NCBI GenBank assembly: GCA_964016885.1
Contig: OZ024740.1
Coordinates: forward strand, 78,554,001-78,618,000
Direction: 5' to 3'
Length of the DNA stretch: 64,000 nucleotides
Source of the DNA: Eledone cirrhosa
Lineage: Eukaryota
This document shows positions 26,499 to 39,250 of the stretch, in pieces (positions within the stretch are counted from its first letter, which is position 1; each line of letters opens with the position of its first letter). A model generated the notes under the pieces. That model did no database searches and was not told the origin of the DNA. It worked only from the letters and a program-made list of their open reading frames with translations. The position numbers were made by a program, and so were the translations under genes.

Positions 26499-27337
26499 GG
26501 CGGTAGATTGGCAGTACCGTTAAAGTGTCGGATACCATGTTTTGCGGCATAGTGTTACGTCCTTTTACAATCTGAGTTCAAATCCTGCTGAAGTTAGCTT
26601 TGCCTTTCATCCTTACAGGGTTGATGAAATAAAGCACCAGTAATGCACTGTGGTCAATTTAATCGACTTTACCCTCCCTGCCAAATTGCTGGCCATGTGT
26701 CTAAACCATCATTGTTATTATTACTATTATTATTATTGGGTGATGAATTGGCAGAGTTGTTAGAGCATCAAACAAATGCTTTGTAGTATATCATTTCTGC
26801 ATTCTATGCTGTGGTTTCAAATCCTCCGAGATCAATCTTGCTTTTCATCCTTTACAGATTAATGATAAAACAGTGGTTAAACAAATCTGAGATATATTAA
26901 TGACTGAGAATAATACATACAATAGTATGGAGGTTGATGGGTGGATGAAACTGGTGTAATATATGTGAAAAACTCTACAGAGAAATCTATAGACAGAGGA
27001 GAAATTGATGAAAATATAACCAAAAGAAGGCAAAATGTTCCAAAAAAGAAAGTAAAAGGGAGAAAAAAACCCCGGAAAATGGTTGATGTGAATTTTGGTG
27101 AGGAAAAGTATAATAATAATGGTTTCTAATATAAGCACAGGGCCAGCAATTTTGGAGGGAAGGGGAAAGCCGATTAAATCGACCCCTGCACGTGACTGGT
27201 ACTATTTTATTGACCCCATAAGGATGAAAGAAAGGCAAAGCTAACCTTGGCAGGATTTGAAATCAGAATCTAAAGGGCCGTAACTCTGTGTCACAAAGCA
27301 GGGTGTCTGACGCTCTACTGATTTTGCCAATTCACTA
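26499..27337. mobile_element. SINE A copies: 26499-26720 (+), degenerate 26739-26880 (+), 27110-27337 (-)
   Basis: Homology to 5764-5985. Confidence 0.8.
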
Positions 27338-27522
27338 TAATAATAACGTTGATGTGGAATGTATTGAAGATGGTAACATAGTGTGTGAAGAGGAGGACTA
27401 GGACAATAAGAAGCCAAAGAAACAAAAGTGTGACATCACAGAACCTGCTGGACACTCCAAACTGGATACACACAGATACTACAGCGATAATACTGTGTAA
27501 TATTGTTTAGAAATATCTTTAA

Positions 27523-27741
27523 CCCTTCAGCATTTACATTACTCTATATTTACTATTGTACTTTCACAGTAAAGGCTTTATCTCAAATAATTATCTCACA
27601 TAATATCGAATCTGAGATTTTGATATTTTTTATTTTCGGAACAATACTTTAACATTGGTATGAGTAGCAGGTTATGGCCGGTTTGAACAGAAAGAGGTGA
27701 GAGAATTCTGGCCGGATGCAGCTGGTTTAAATGCTAAAGGG
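27523..27741. mobile_element. piggyBac-like MITE
   Basis: TTAA-CCCTTCAGCATT...AATGCTAAAGGG-TTAA. Confidence 0.75.
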
Positions 27742-30572
27742 TTAAAGCCTGATCATATAGCATATAGTAGAACTTTGCAGAAATGGTGGCAGAATTTAAG
27801 ATATGCTATGGTTTGGCATGGACCGGTAACTCCCGAGGGAGTTGTAGAGGTGCCATATTGACATATAGCATTTCTAGGGCATTTTAAAACCTGGCAGAGC
27901 CCACCTCCTCTCTAGGTCTGAATACAGCAGATTTCTTCCGATATATATCATGTAGTATTTCCCATAAGTATCATTGCACCCTGATATCCCATGACAACTA
28001 TGGTATATGGTAGTATTACTCCTAACAAATAACCAGCAATGTAATAAGCCCCAAGCAACTTCTTAATTTGTTTGGAAGTTCCAAAAGAAAGAGGAGAAAA
28101 TAATTCTTAATATGAAGCTACCTTTGAAATCAAAAAACAATCATTAGAAGATTTAAAAGTAGGGAAACACAAAGTATGAAGAGAGCCATCATCATCACCA
28201 CCACCACTGTCCTCCTCCTCCTTTTACATTTGTTTTTCCATGCTAGCATGGATTTGACTAAAATATTCTATAGAAATACCACCACCATTAAATATTGCAA
28301 CACACAACTATAGTATATTACTTTTTTTTTTACATAATTATCTGTTATCTATGGTGTATTGTAGCATTTGTAGTAATATTGGTGTTCTCTAATAATCTGG
28401 TATTTAAAGCCAATCATAACACAAAGTATTTTAAAGAAATAACAGTGACAGCCAAGATATACAACACATTTTATAGTATTTTATGGAGAATATCAATTCC
28501 ATCTGATATTCCATCACACCAATTTGTTTTGTCACTAACTGTTGCTGCTGTCAATCCCATATTTAATTTAATACCTAACCTTCATTCAGAATATTTTCCT
28601 TCTATCCAGAACCTGCAGATGCCACAGGAAACACACCCCAACTGTATGTTTTCTATATTCTACACCATTGAAAAAATATACCTCTTCTCTTAATTTATTA
28701 CCCCAGGAAGGATACTAGACAAAGCTAAATTTGGAACTGGGAGTAGCAGACTAACTGCTGTAAAAGTAGTCTTTATTCAGCCCCCCCCCCCCCTCCTTTT
28801 TTTACCCTTAATACATGATGGCAGACCCAAACCATATATCTTAATTTGGTGAAACCCTAGATAATTTCTTTTGGGAAGTTCTAGGGATTTATATTTATTT
28901 TGGATGTTTTGTTTCTGTTTTTGCCTTTGTTTTTCGGCTGTATTATCCTAGTTCTAATCCTTATCCCAAGAGAATATTCTAGCAGTGTTGGTAAGTTCTA
29001 CAATACAAATATTCTGGAATACAGGTTCAATTCCTAGTCACAGCTATTTCCCTTATTATATTTACTTCTCAGGTCTCAAATAATCGTACCCCACCCCAAA
29101 CTTATTGACTCTTCAGACCCCCCCCCCTCACACACACACACTTGTTACATTTTTATAATCTCCAGCAAAATTTTATTTTAAGTGGTAGCATTTCTATGAC
29201 AATTAATGATCTTTAGACATAAAAATCACTATACATGACAAAAAAGTACATTACTAGAAATCCCATACATTATAAAATAAATAGGATTGGTTGGGGTCTC
29301 AATATGTAAACTTAACAACTAATTAAATTTTTTTTTAAATCAACAGACAACCTAAAAAAATCACTGATTTTCCACTCCCCCTCCCCCACTTACCCCCCCC
29401 CCCCTCTATTATTTGGGACCCATTGAGAAAGGCATGAAAATCTTCTTTCACCCCATTAACCAAAAATAACTTGGTATTTGTTTCAGCTCTCTTTGTCCGG
29501 AGTTTAAATCTTGTCATGGTCAACTTCACCTTTCATATTTTTTAAGTTGATAAATGAAGTACCAGTCCAGATGTTTCCTGGTATGTGATCTGGAACTGTG
29601 TGTCCTGAGCTCAGATTCCAACTCCATCTGTCAGGAGATACAACCAAAAGATAGTAGCAGCAATGAAAAGAGCAATAGATACATAGTTTCCTTGGTTCAA
29701 TCTAACAATCATCTCCTTTCCTTTTTAACTCAAACCAAATCACATGAAACTGTCGTGGATTTATGATACAAAACTATTCATTTTAAAATGTTTATACACC
29801 TATATATAAATAAACATCCGTCCATCATACACTGTGTGTTTGTGTGAATGTATGTGTGTAAAAGGAAGGAAGGGGACGGTGAAAAAAACTATAGCAAAAC
29901 AGCGGCTTGTGTTCCATTTGCTATGCTGTGAGTGTATGCGTATGTGTGTGCGGGTTTGTGTGAATGTATGTGTGAAAGCATGTGTATTTGTGTGAATGTA
30001 TGTCTGTGTTTGCACATTTATATTTATACACTCATACATATAAATGTATGCTTATGCACACACATATACATACGCGTCCGCATGTTGAAAAAAATACTAG
30101 TATATTAAATCTTTCCATCTAATTTAAGAAATGTTGGTAAATTAATGTTCTAAACACTGGCTTACTAATGAAATAGTTATTTCATTAAGTTCCTCATATA
30201 ATTTGATTATTTCCAAAATTAACACACAGGCAGTGTATTTCAGTAGAATTATGGTAAAGAGCAGTTTAACTCAACAGAACTATCTCTTGCCAAATTATAT
30301 CAGATTAGTAAATGTGAATCTATTGATTGTTCCTATTTTTTCTTTTCTTTTATATTGTTTATTCAGGGAGGCAAGGGCAGTGGTCATGGCTTTTTCAAGG
30401 CTTCTTTGACTGGTGGGAGGGAGGAAAATGTTCCTTAATCACAGTTATTCTGTCTGACTCTGTCTCTCTCTCTATATATATATGTGTATATATATATACA
30501 TATATGTATATATATATATATATACATATATGTGTATATATATACATATATGTGTATATATATACATATATG

Positions 30573-30631
<59 letters not shown>

Positions 30632-30638
30632 TAAAATA

Positions 30639-30714
30639 ACAGATTAAAGTTTAAGCAAAGAATCACTGCTTTCACCCTTAACGGGATCTTCTGAAACTAA
30701 CAAGGTCAATCTGT
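30639..30714 (-). ncRNA. Type-I hammerhead-like motif, CAGAAGA-core variant (left-arm copy)
   Basis: Reverse complement of 31462-31537 with one change in loop III. Confidence 0.65.
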
Positions 30715-31461
30715 AAACGCAGAACTGGATATTTCAAAAAACATTGCAACCGGAGGAAGACAGGAAGACGATACTTTGGTTCGTGGTAACGTTCGCTGGC
30801 AAAGAACGGGAAAAAACTTGTTTTAGTTGACTAACGTCTCCGAACCTTCGTGTATTTATATGTAGGTATGCGTGTGCGCTTGTTATATACGTATTTATTT
30901 ACTTATATACGTTTATATAATTATTTATTTATTTGTACACAAGCATACACACACACACATATTTATATGTGCGTGGTTTTGTATACCCATGGTAAGGTTT
31001 TGCGTATGCTTGTGTATGTACGTATCTGTTTGCGTGTATGTATTTATTTGTTTCTATTACTTCTGTATTGTATTTATTTACTTTGTTCTTAACTCTGTAG
31101 CGGTGATTCATTTGGTCTCCTTGTTAGAATTTTAGTCTACGACTTCTGCTATACCATTTACGTGGTTTTGTCTTTGCGTGCTATTGTTCTCCACGCTCCA
31201 CATATGACTTATTATCTTCGTTTTTTCGTTCATTGCCAGAGAACGTCTCTATGCACCACCTAAGAGAACATTAGTCTACAACCTCTTTTATACCATAAAT
31301 CTGGTTTTGTCTTTGCGCGTAATTGTTTTTCACCGCTCCTATTAATGACGTATTATTCGTTTTTTCCCGTTCTTTGCCAGCGAACGTTACCACGAACCAA
31401 AGTATCGTCTTCCTGTTTTCCTCCGGTTGCAATGTTTTTTGAAATATCCAGTTCTGCGTTT

Positions 31462-31537
31462 ACAGATTGACCTTGTTAGTTTCAGAAGATCCCGTTAAGG
31501 GTGAAAGCAGCGATTCTTTGCTTAAACTTTAATCTGT
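31462..31537 (+). ncRNA. Type-I hammerhead-like motif, CAGAAGA-core variant
   Basis: AGTTT-CAGAAGA-T CCC gttaa GGG T-GAAA-GCA gcgattctt TGC-TT-AAACT. The distal helix ACAGATT/AATCTGT extends stem I, and AATAAA follows. Confidence 0.65.
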
Positions 31538-31810
31538 TATTTTAATAAATATTTGCTCTACGGTTCTTATATATTTGATATATATTTTCCTTATCGAGCC
31601 CTCTTTGGATTTTAGTCTTCAATTTTATTATTATTACTATTATTATTACTATATATATATATATATATATAAGGATTAAAATACTGGAGCGTGTTGGGGT
31701 TAAACACCCTCTTCGTATTATAGAAATGACAGTAAAAGGTATAGCTCAATGTAATTAAACAGAGCCGAAGAATTATGAAAATAAAACAAAGAAGCCTTCA
31801 ATACATCAAA

Positions 31811-31869
31811 AGTCTTTATTAGCCAACAATGTTTCGTCCTATTAAGGACTCATCAGGGCAATCAAAACC
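31811..31869 (-). ncRNA. Minimal type-I hammerhead ribozyme, canonical core
   Basis: Minus strand: GCC-CTGATGA-GTCC ttaata GGAC-GAAA-C att G-TT-GGC. Stem I extends as GGTTTTGATTGCC / GGCTAATAAAGACT. Confidence 0.85.
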
Positions 31870-33350
31870 ACAAGAAGTACTTGCCGAAAACTCCGAAGAA
31901 TATGGAGTGTACATACACTAAAGTATTGGAAGATTATGGGTAAAAATATAATAAAAATCACTAAGGAGGTGGATAACATTTTGAACCATATTACAAATAT
32001 AGTCCAAAGCAAAAAAAACTAGACCTAAACAAAGGTGGTTATATAGAGCGGGAATTATAGTACTATATATAATACAATATAATATAATATAATATACTTG
32101 TAACAATATTAAAATTAAAAGGCACAATATACATATGTATATATGTACGCACACGTACGCACATATACATAAATACACATTTCCATCATTAACACCACAA
32201 ATTAAACCTTATTAAGAGTTTAAATATAAATAAGCATAATAGGAATAAAAATAATAATAATACGTATATCTAATATACAGTATAACATGAAGTAATGAAA
32301 TGATTAAAAGTAACACATATAATGTATAATAAACTATATAATTATATAATATATAATATAATATAATAGGTAATCTCCGGTTAATTTACACAAACAATAT
32401 AGATGTCACAATAATACTATAATAATAATATAATAATATATAATATATAATGGCATGTAAGTTAACAAATCAATTCATATAGAGTTACAGAGTAGGTGAG
32501 AAAAAAATATAAATTGTACAATACCCCAAATTATGATGGTACAAAAATATAAACATCTTACATGATATATAAAGTTTAACATATCACAATGGTACATAAA
32601 ATCATCGGTAAGTAATAAGGATCAATAGTACAATAACAACTTCAATATAAAATAATGAACATAATATAATATATAATTACTTATAATTACAAGGTTGGTA
32701 AACAGACATGTATTGTTGATGAGTGCCAGACATTTGTTAACTTACATGCCATTATATATTATATATTATTATATTATTATTATAGTATTATTGTGACATC
32801 TATATTGTTTGTGTAAATTAACCGGAGATTACCTATTATATTATATTATATATTATATAATTATATAGTTTATTATACATTATATGTGCTACTTTTAATC
32901 ATTTCATTACTTCATGTTATACTGTATATTAGATATACGTATTATTATTATTTTTATTCCTATTATGCTTATTTATATTTAAACTCTTAATAAGGTTTAA
33001 TTTGTGCTGTTGATGATGGAAGTGTGTATTGATGTATATGTGTATGTGCGTACGTGTGCGTACATATATACATATGTATATTGTGCCTTTTAATTTTAAT
33101 TTTAATTTTAATATTGTTACAAGTATATTATATTATATTATATTGTATTATATATAGTACTATAATTCCCGCTCTATATAACCACCTTTGTTTAGGTCTA
33201 GTTTTTTTTGCTTTGGACTATATTTGTAATATGGTTCAAAGTGTTATCCACCTCCTTAGTGATTTTTATTATATTTTTACCCATAATCTTCCAATACTTT
33301 AGTGTATGTACACTCCATATTCTTCGGAGTTTTCGGCAAGTACTTCTTGT

Positions 33351-33410
33351 GGTTTTGATTGCCCTGATGAGTCCTTAATAGGACGAAAGATTGTTGGCTA
33401 ATAAAGACTT
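33351..33410 (+). ncRNA. Minimal type-I hammerhead ribozyme, right-arm copy with C15.2G breaking stem III
   Basis: GCC-CTGATGA(33364-33370)-GTCC ttaata GGAC-GAAA-G att G-TT-GGC. Confidence 0.75.
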
Positions 33411-33470
33411 TTGATGTATTGAAGGCTTCTTTGTTTTATTTTCATAATATATATATATATATATATATAT

Positions 33471-33846
33471 GGAGGTTTAGTGGTTAGAGCATTGTCCTTG
33501 CAATCGAAAGGTTGTGAGTTCAATTCTCAGACCGGGTGATGTGTTGTGTCCTTGAGCAAGACACTTTATTTTACATTGCTCCAGTTTACTCAGCTGTAGA
33601 AATGAGATGATAGGACTGGGGTCCCTATCATTCCACTGCAAAGTGGTCGTGGAGGTGCCATGGCAAAAAAGCACCCAGCCCACACTGTAAAGTGGATGTG
33701 TAGGCGCCATGGAAAAAAAGCATCCAGCACTCACTGTAAATGAGGTTGGTGTTAGGAAGAGCATCCAGCTGTAGAAATCAAGCCAGAATCAGTTCCTGTC
33801 CCACCCTTGCAAGCAGTGAAAAGCAGACATAAAATGATGATGATGA
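33471..33846 (+). mobile_element. SINE family B, near full length
   Basis: tRNA-like head (TAGTGGTTAGAGC...GAGTTCAATTCTC) and GTGTCCTTGAGCAAGACACTT core. The 3' segment GGTGTTAGGAAG.GCATCCAGCTGTAGAAA is shared with the RTE 3' UTR, and there is a (GAT)n tail. Confidence 0.85.
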
Positions 33847-33984
33847 TATATATATATGTGTATGTGTGCATTGATATATATATGCATATGTGTGTGCATG
33901 CATGTATATATATGTATTTATACATATATATGTGTGTGTGTATACGCACATATGATTAAGCAGAGAAGGTACAGGGTTTAGAAA

Positions 33985-34035
33985 TGACTTCTACAGGACT
34001 AGAACCGTTTCATTCATTTGAAATGACCAGGAAAA
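33985..34035 (-). ncRNA. Degenerate hammerhead homologous to 35171-35223
   Basis: Minus strand: TTTTC-CTGGTCA-T TTC aaat GAA T-GAAA-CGG ttctagtc CTG-TA-GAAGTCA. Confidence 0.55.
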
Positions 34036-35170
34036 TATTTTTGGTCAAGTTCTGGTATCTATATACCTCCATATGGAAGAGGGTGAGGATGAAGAGGATG
34101 AGGGGGTGACGAGGAGAGGGAAGCAGAGGGGATGAAGAAGAGCAGAATGTGGAGGAGGAAGAGGATGATGAGGAGGAGGAGAAGGAGAAGAAGAAGAATA
34201 TACATTGTGTTTCCTTGCTAGACACTTGTTATGTGATGCAAGTCTAGTAGTCCCCCCCCCCCCCCCCCAATCACTCTGTCCTTTTGTCTGATGCAGCTCC
34301 TTCAACAGTCAGGCCACAGTGACTGGAGCCCTACTCATTGTATATTTGATTTATAATCCAGACTTTAGGTGTGTATTTAAATTAAGGCTATAGTTATTGA
34401 AGCAGAGATTCATGGAAATTGTATGGAAGAAATTAACACTCCTTGCTTCTCTCTCTCTCTATCTATCTATCTCTCTCTCTCTCTCTGTTACTTTGTAGTG
34501 CTATTGTTGCTTTCAGCTAACTCCAACCTTCATGCTTCCATGTTACACATGCTGGAGTCATCACCAACACAACTACTACAAACCACCACCACCACCACCA
34601 CCACCACCACTACTACTACTAGTGCTGCCACCACCACCCTTCTAGAAAAATAACAAAACTTGAAAAGTTTGCTGATGTAGAGTAGGTGAATTTGGGATAT
34701 ATATATATCATCATCATCATCATTTAACATCTATCTTCCACGCTAGCATGGGTTAGACGGGTATATATATATATACAATGATATTAAATAAATGGAAACT
34801 ATATTTATAAAACCATATTTATTTTAAATATAGTTTCCATTTATTTAATATCATTGAATATTTACTCCAGTAATCTATTGAGTGCTCTAAATCAGTTATA
34901 AACATTTATATTTGTCGGACTTCCAACAAATTAAATAGCCCTTCTACTTATATATATATATATATAATTAACGAATGATTCATATATATATTGACACGGT
35001 TATATAGTTAGTTTGCTTACAATTACTCACTCAATGAGATATGGTTTGAACGTGTATTGAGCAAAACTTGTGCTAACAAAGTGTATAATCATAATGTATC
35101 ATTTGCACTTGTATGTTTGGACCCACATAAGATAATTATAAAGAAATCCTCAGGAAATCCAAGGACAGTT

Positions 35171-35223
35171 GGCTTTCCTGAGGATTTCTTTTGAATGAAA
35201 CAGTTCTTGTCCTGTAGAAGTCA
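35171..35223 (+). ncRNA. Type-I hammerhead ribozyme with intact core and U10.1-U11.1 mismatch
   Basis: GGCTTTC-CTGAGGA-T TTC tttt GAA T-GAAA-CAG ttcttgtc CTG-TA-GAAGTCA, with a GUA cleavage triplet. Confidence 0.75.
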
Positions 35224-35301
35224 TTTCTATCTTAAACTTGATATATATATATATATATGTGTGTGTGTGTATGTGTGTGTGTGTGTGTATGTGTGTGAGA
35301 A

Positions 35302-35348
<47 letters not shown>

Positions 35349-35360
35349 TCTCACACACAT

Positions 35361-35397
<37 letters not shown>

Positions 35398-35414
35398 CAC
35401 ATTCTCACACACAT

Positions 35415-35450
<36 letters not shown>

Positions 35451-35536
35451 CAAGTTTAAGAAAGAAATGACTTCTACAGGACAAGAACTGCGTAAATTAA
35501 TGGCTCTAGATATGTATATATGTATATATATATATA

Positions 35537-35587
<51 letters not shown>

Positions 35588-36384
35588 ATATATAGTGCAA
35601 ATTTATACGGGGGGGGGGGAGACAAATAAAGGTTTGTATATATATATATATATATACATATCTAGAGCCATTAGTTTACGCAGTGATGATTTATAGGAAA
35701 AATTATCTTGTGGGAATGGAGGGGGATGCTAGGATTGGAGGCAAAGGGGTTGAGCAAAAGTAAAAGATTGGATGTGTAATTGGAGTGGAATGTATTCATT
35801 CTTGAGATGGTGATATATCTGCTCAATGAGCTTTGAATTGTAGGGGAATATAATAATATACAAGGAAACCCTACATAAAAGGAAAAATCTATTGAGCAAA
35901 TTTATCAAAATCTAAGCAATGTCTACATTTCCCTCTACCTATACATTCAAGCTATTTAATTCCAAACAAATTCTAAGTATCCCTGATATTTCCCTTGGGT
36001 AAATTTTAACAATATATTGTAAAGCATAAACAAAGAAATATATTATTAGTTTTACACTTGATACAGTAGGAAAAGATGCCTTTGGATGCTAGTCCTTTAT
36101 CAGAAAATAGAATGAGAATTTTTTTTTGCTGTTAATTTATTCATTTGCTATTTCTTTTTCTTTAATAGATACACATATATCAGCTGTATGATAAATATAA
36201 ACTAACTAACAAATAAAAGGGGCTACTGGATGTGTTTTTTTAGGGCTCTGTTAAAGTCAGCAGCAACACACACAACCATGTGTGACAACTCACCAAATAT
36301 GAAATCAAATAATTGAAATATTTACACATATTTGTATTTCAGAGCTGACCTAAGTTTAAACAACAAAAACATGATTAGTGAATC

Positions 36385-36592
36385 ATAATTATTTCTAATT
36401 TAAGCACAAGTCCAGCAATTTATGGTGAGTAGGGGAAAAGTCAAATAAATCAACTTGGTATTTATTTTAATTAGTCTGAAAGGATAAAAAAGCAAAATTA
36501 ACCTTGACAGGATCCAAACTCAGAATATAAAGTGCTGAAACAAATACTACAAAGTATTTTGTCCAATGTTTTAATGATTCTGCCAACCCACT
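36385..36592 (-). mobile_element. Old SINE A copy
   Basis: Diverged homology to family A. Confidence 0.65.
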
Positions 36593-38754
36593 AATCCTTG
36601 ATTTGTGAATCATAATAGCAGCAAACTAAATATATTATACACAATTCACCTCCCCTGTCTAACACATGTCAACATTGAAAGCTGGGCACACCCCATAACA
36701 CAATATAATGCCAGATATCATTCATTTGCCTCAAGGCCATCTCTACAACCTGATGCTTGCTTTCCCACTGTGGAATGATGCCAACCCACACACAAAACAA
36801 GTGACATGTAATCTTCCTTCCCCTTCCTAACACTGCTTTCTCCAGCCTGACCAAGGACACACCGAGTGCCCTAGTGTTGTAATGGGGTAGTACTGGAGCT
36901 ATGATAAAATATATCCAATAACATTATAAAGTGGTAGTGCTGGTACTATGAAAAAAAACACCCAGTCCACCCTATAAGGTTCTGGTACCATGATAAAATG
37001 CTCCCAGTATACACTGTAAAGTGGTTGGCATTAGGAAGCCAAAAATAGAATATAGAGCAAGATGCCTCAGAATACGACAACCAGTCTAAGCCATTCAAGC
37101 ATGGAAAATAGACATTAATGTGTGATGATATCGATGGTGATGGTGATGATGATATATATACAGTGGCTGGTGTTGCACTTTATCATGAGGGTGAAAGTTA
37201 TTTTACTGTACTTTCCCACAAAACTTCATTCCTAATTAGTAAATATTTATGCTGCATGACTTACAAAGGTGTTGGTCTAGAGTTATGAAATATGGAATGT
37301 GAAAATGAATGTCTTGGAAACTATTCAGAGAAAATTGAATATGATCTCTTGGATATATAATAAATTTGAAGAGCTGACTGTTTATACACAATCTAAGATA
37401 GCAACAAGCATGGGAAAATTATTATTATTATATTTAAACTTCATATGCTGGTTATAAGAGAAAAGATCCAGGTGTTATGGAGCTGTTCTTAGAAGGAATG
37501 ATAAGGAAAGTGGAGTGAAGTGGTAAGTTAATGGTTAGGTAGCATATGTAAGAAATACTATGGTACTTTGTCTGTGAGCTTTAGCTCCAAATATTTCATC
37601 TATATTTCCATATGTTTATCTCTATCTTACCTACTTTCAGTCATTAGCAGTAACAAATTTTTGACCAAATACTATAATCTAATTTAAGGAATTTAAAGTC
37701 CTTAGAAGGCCACAAAAACTCTTTGATTAACCCATTATGACCATACTTCTAATGAAATGCACTCTATTTCAATTAATTAATGAAGAATTTGGAAGGATTT
37801 GCTAAAATCAGTAAATATATCAAATATATCATTACTAAGCTAGTAACTTAAAATATGGTTCTTATATGAAACTATGTTGGAAGATTTTAATTTAAATTGG
37901 AACCCTTTAAAATGTGAGAGTTTGTCTCGTAGAACCAGTGGCAGTTTTGGGTGGGTTGGTATTAAAAGGAAAAATAAAATTTTAATTGTAATGATGAATT
38001 GCCCCTCAGTTTCAATGACAAGCATTCAGTTGTTTGATAAACTTAATGTCTGATATGTAAAACTAACATGTATCTAGCTGAATAGTTCACAAACATGTGT
38101 ATCACTAATATAATTCCCATATGACATATGACAAGGCTAGAGCTTTGAGTTACAGCTACAATCCATCCAACAGGCTTCCATGCAGTCCCAGTCTACCCAA
38201 TTTCACCAGCATGGCCCCAATCTAATGACTGTAGTAACTGAGTAAAATAAACAATTGGTAGTGGCTGTGAAGAGTGGTGGTGGTGATGATGAAGATGAGG
38301 ATGATGATATGGATATTTTAGTAATCAGTATATTTATGTATTTGAGCTTGTGTACTGAGTTCAAATCCTTCTGACATCAACTTTGCTTTTCATACTTCTG
38401 GTGTTGATAAATAAAGTACCAGTCTAGAGCAGTAGACTAATGAAGTCATTAGTGTATCAAATAGGATGCTGGATGGATAGTATTTGTTCTGACTCTTTCT
38501 GAGTTCAAATCTTGCTGAAGTAGACTTAATTGTCCATCTAGTTTAACACCACTAACTGATCCTTGGATGCCTTTATCAATTAGCAGAGTTCACTCTGTTG
38601 CAAGCATTTGAGCTAGGTCTCCAGTTTGAAGATATCTTCCTCTCTCCTCTCCACCCATCAGTCTTGAAGGACCCTGAAAAGGGTTGTGGATACTTCTTTG
38701 CCTTTTTGCTCATTGATAAAAAAATAAGGCTAGTTTTGGTAAAAGAAGAATTTC

Positions 38755-39250
38755 ACCGAAAAGGACAACTGTATGACGCCTGTGTGTGAAGTGCAATGCT
38801 GCATGGTAGTGAAACATGGGCAGTGACTACAGAAGACATGCATAAATTGGAGAAAAATGAAGCAGCTATGTTTAATTGGGTGTGCAACATAAATGTGAGA
38901 GAATGGCAGAGCTTGGATGAGCTGAAGGAGAAGGTGGGTCTAAGTGGAATTCAAAGTGGTGTGCAAGAGAGAAGACTATGTTGGTATGGACATGCGATGT
39001 GCATGGATGATGATCGATGGGTGAAGAAGTGCCAGGAAATGCCAGTGGAAGGAAGCCACAGTAGAGGTAGATTGAGAAAGACCTGGACAGAGGTGGTGAG
39101 AGCTGACCTCAAATCACTGAGACTCACAGAGACGATGACAAAGAAACGTGGCGAGTGGAGAGATGCTGTGCTGAAAAGGACCTGTTCAACTCATGCAAGC
39201 ATGGAAAAACAGACATAAAAACGATGATGATGATGATGATGATGATGATT
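38755..39250 (+). mobile_element. RTE 3' fragment (different subfamily)
   Basis: MLHGSETWAVT...ERRLCWYGHAM...RGRLRKTW, with a (GAT)n tail. Confidence 0.85.

Larger units (their letters stand above)
30624..31640. mobile_element. Fold-back non-coding element 1: 194-bp inverted arms (30624-30817 / 31359-31552), each carrying a hammerhead-like motif; probable Penelope-like pLTR derivative
   Basis: The arms are near-identical reverse complements. The element is bounded by (TA)n. There is a diverged internal tandem duplication at ~31133-31247 / ~31272-31388. Confidence 0.75.
31672..33448. mobile_element. Fold-back non-coding element 2: ~700-bp inverted arms (31772-32470 / 32732-33448) with hammerhead motifs near the outer ends
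   Basis: The arms are near-identical reverse complements (duplicate ORF translations at 31918-32178 and 33054-33302). Flanked by (TA)n on both sides. Confidence 0.8.

Noticed and set aside
28295-28693. 132-aa ORF
   Set aside because: AT-rich sequence with a non-ATG start and no recognisable motif.
33475-33535. tRNA-like sequences (also 4537, 24030, 63335)
   Set aside because: They are SINE heads continuing into SINE cores, not intact tRNA genes.
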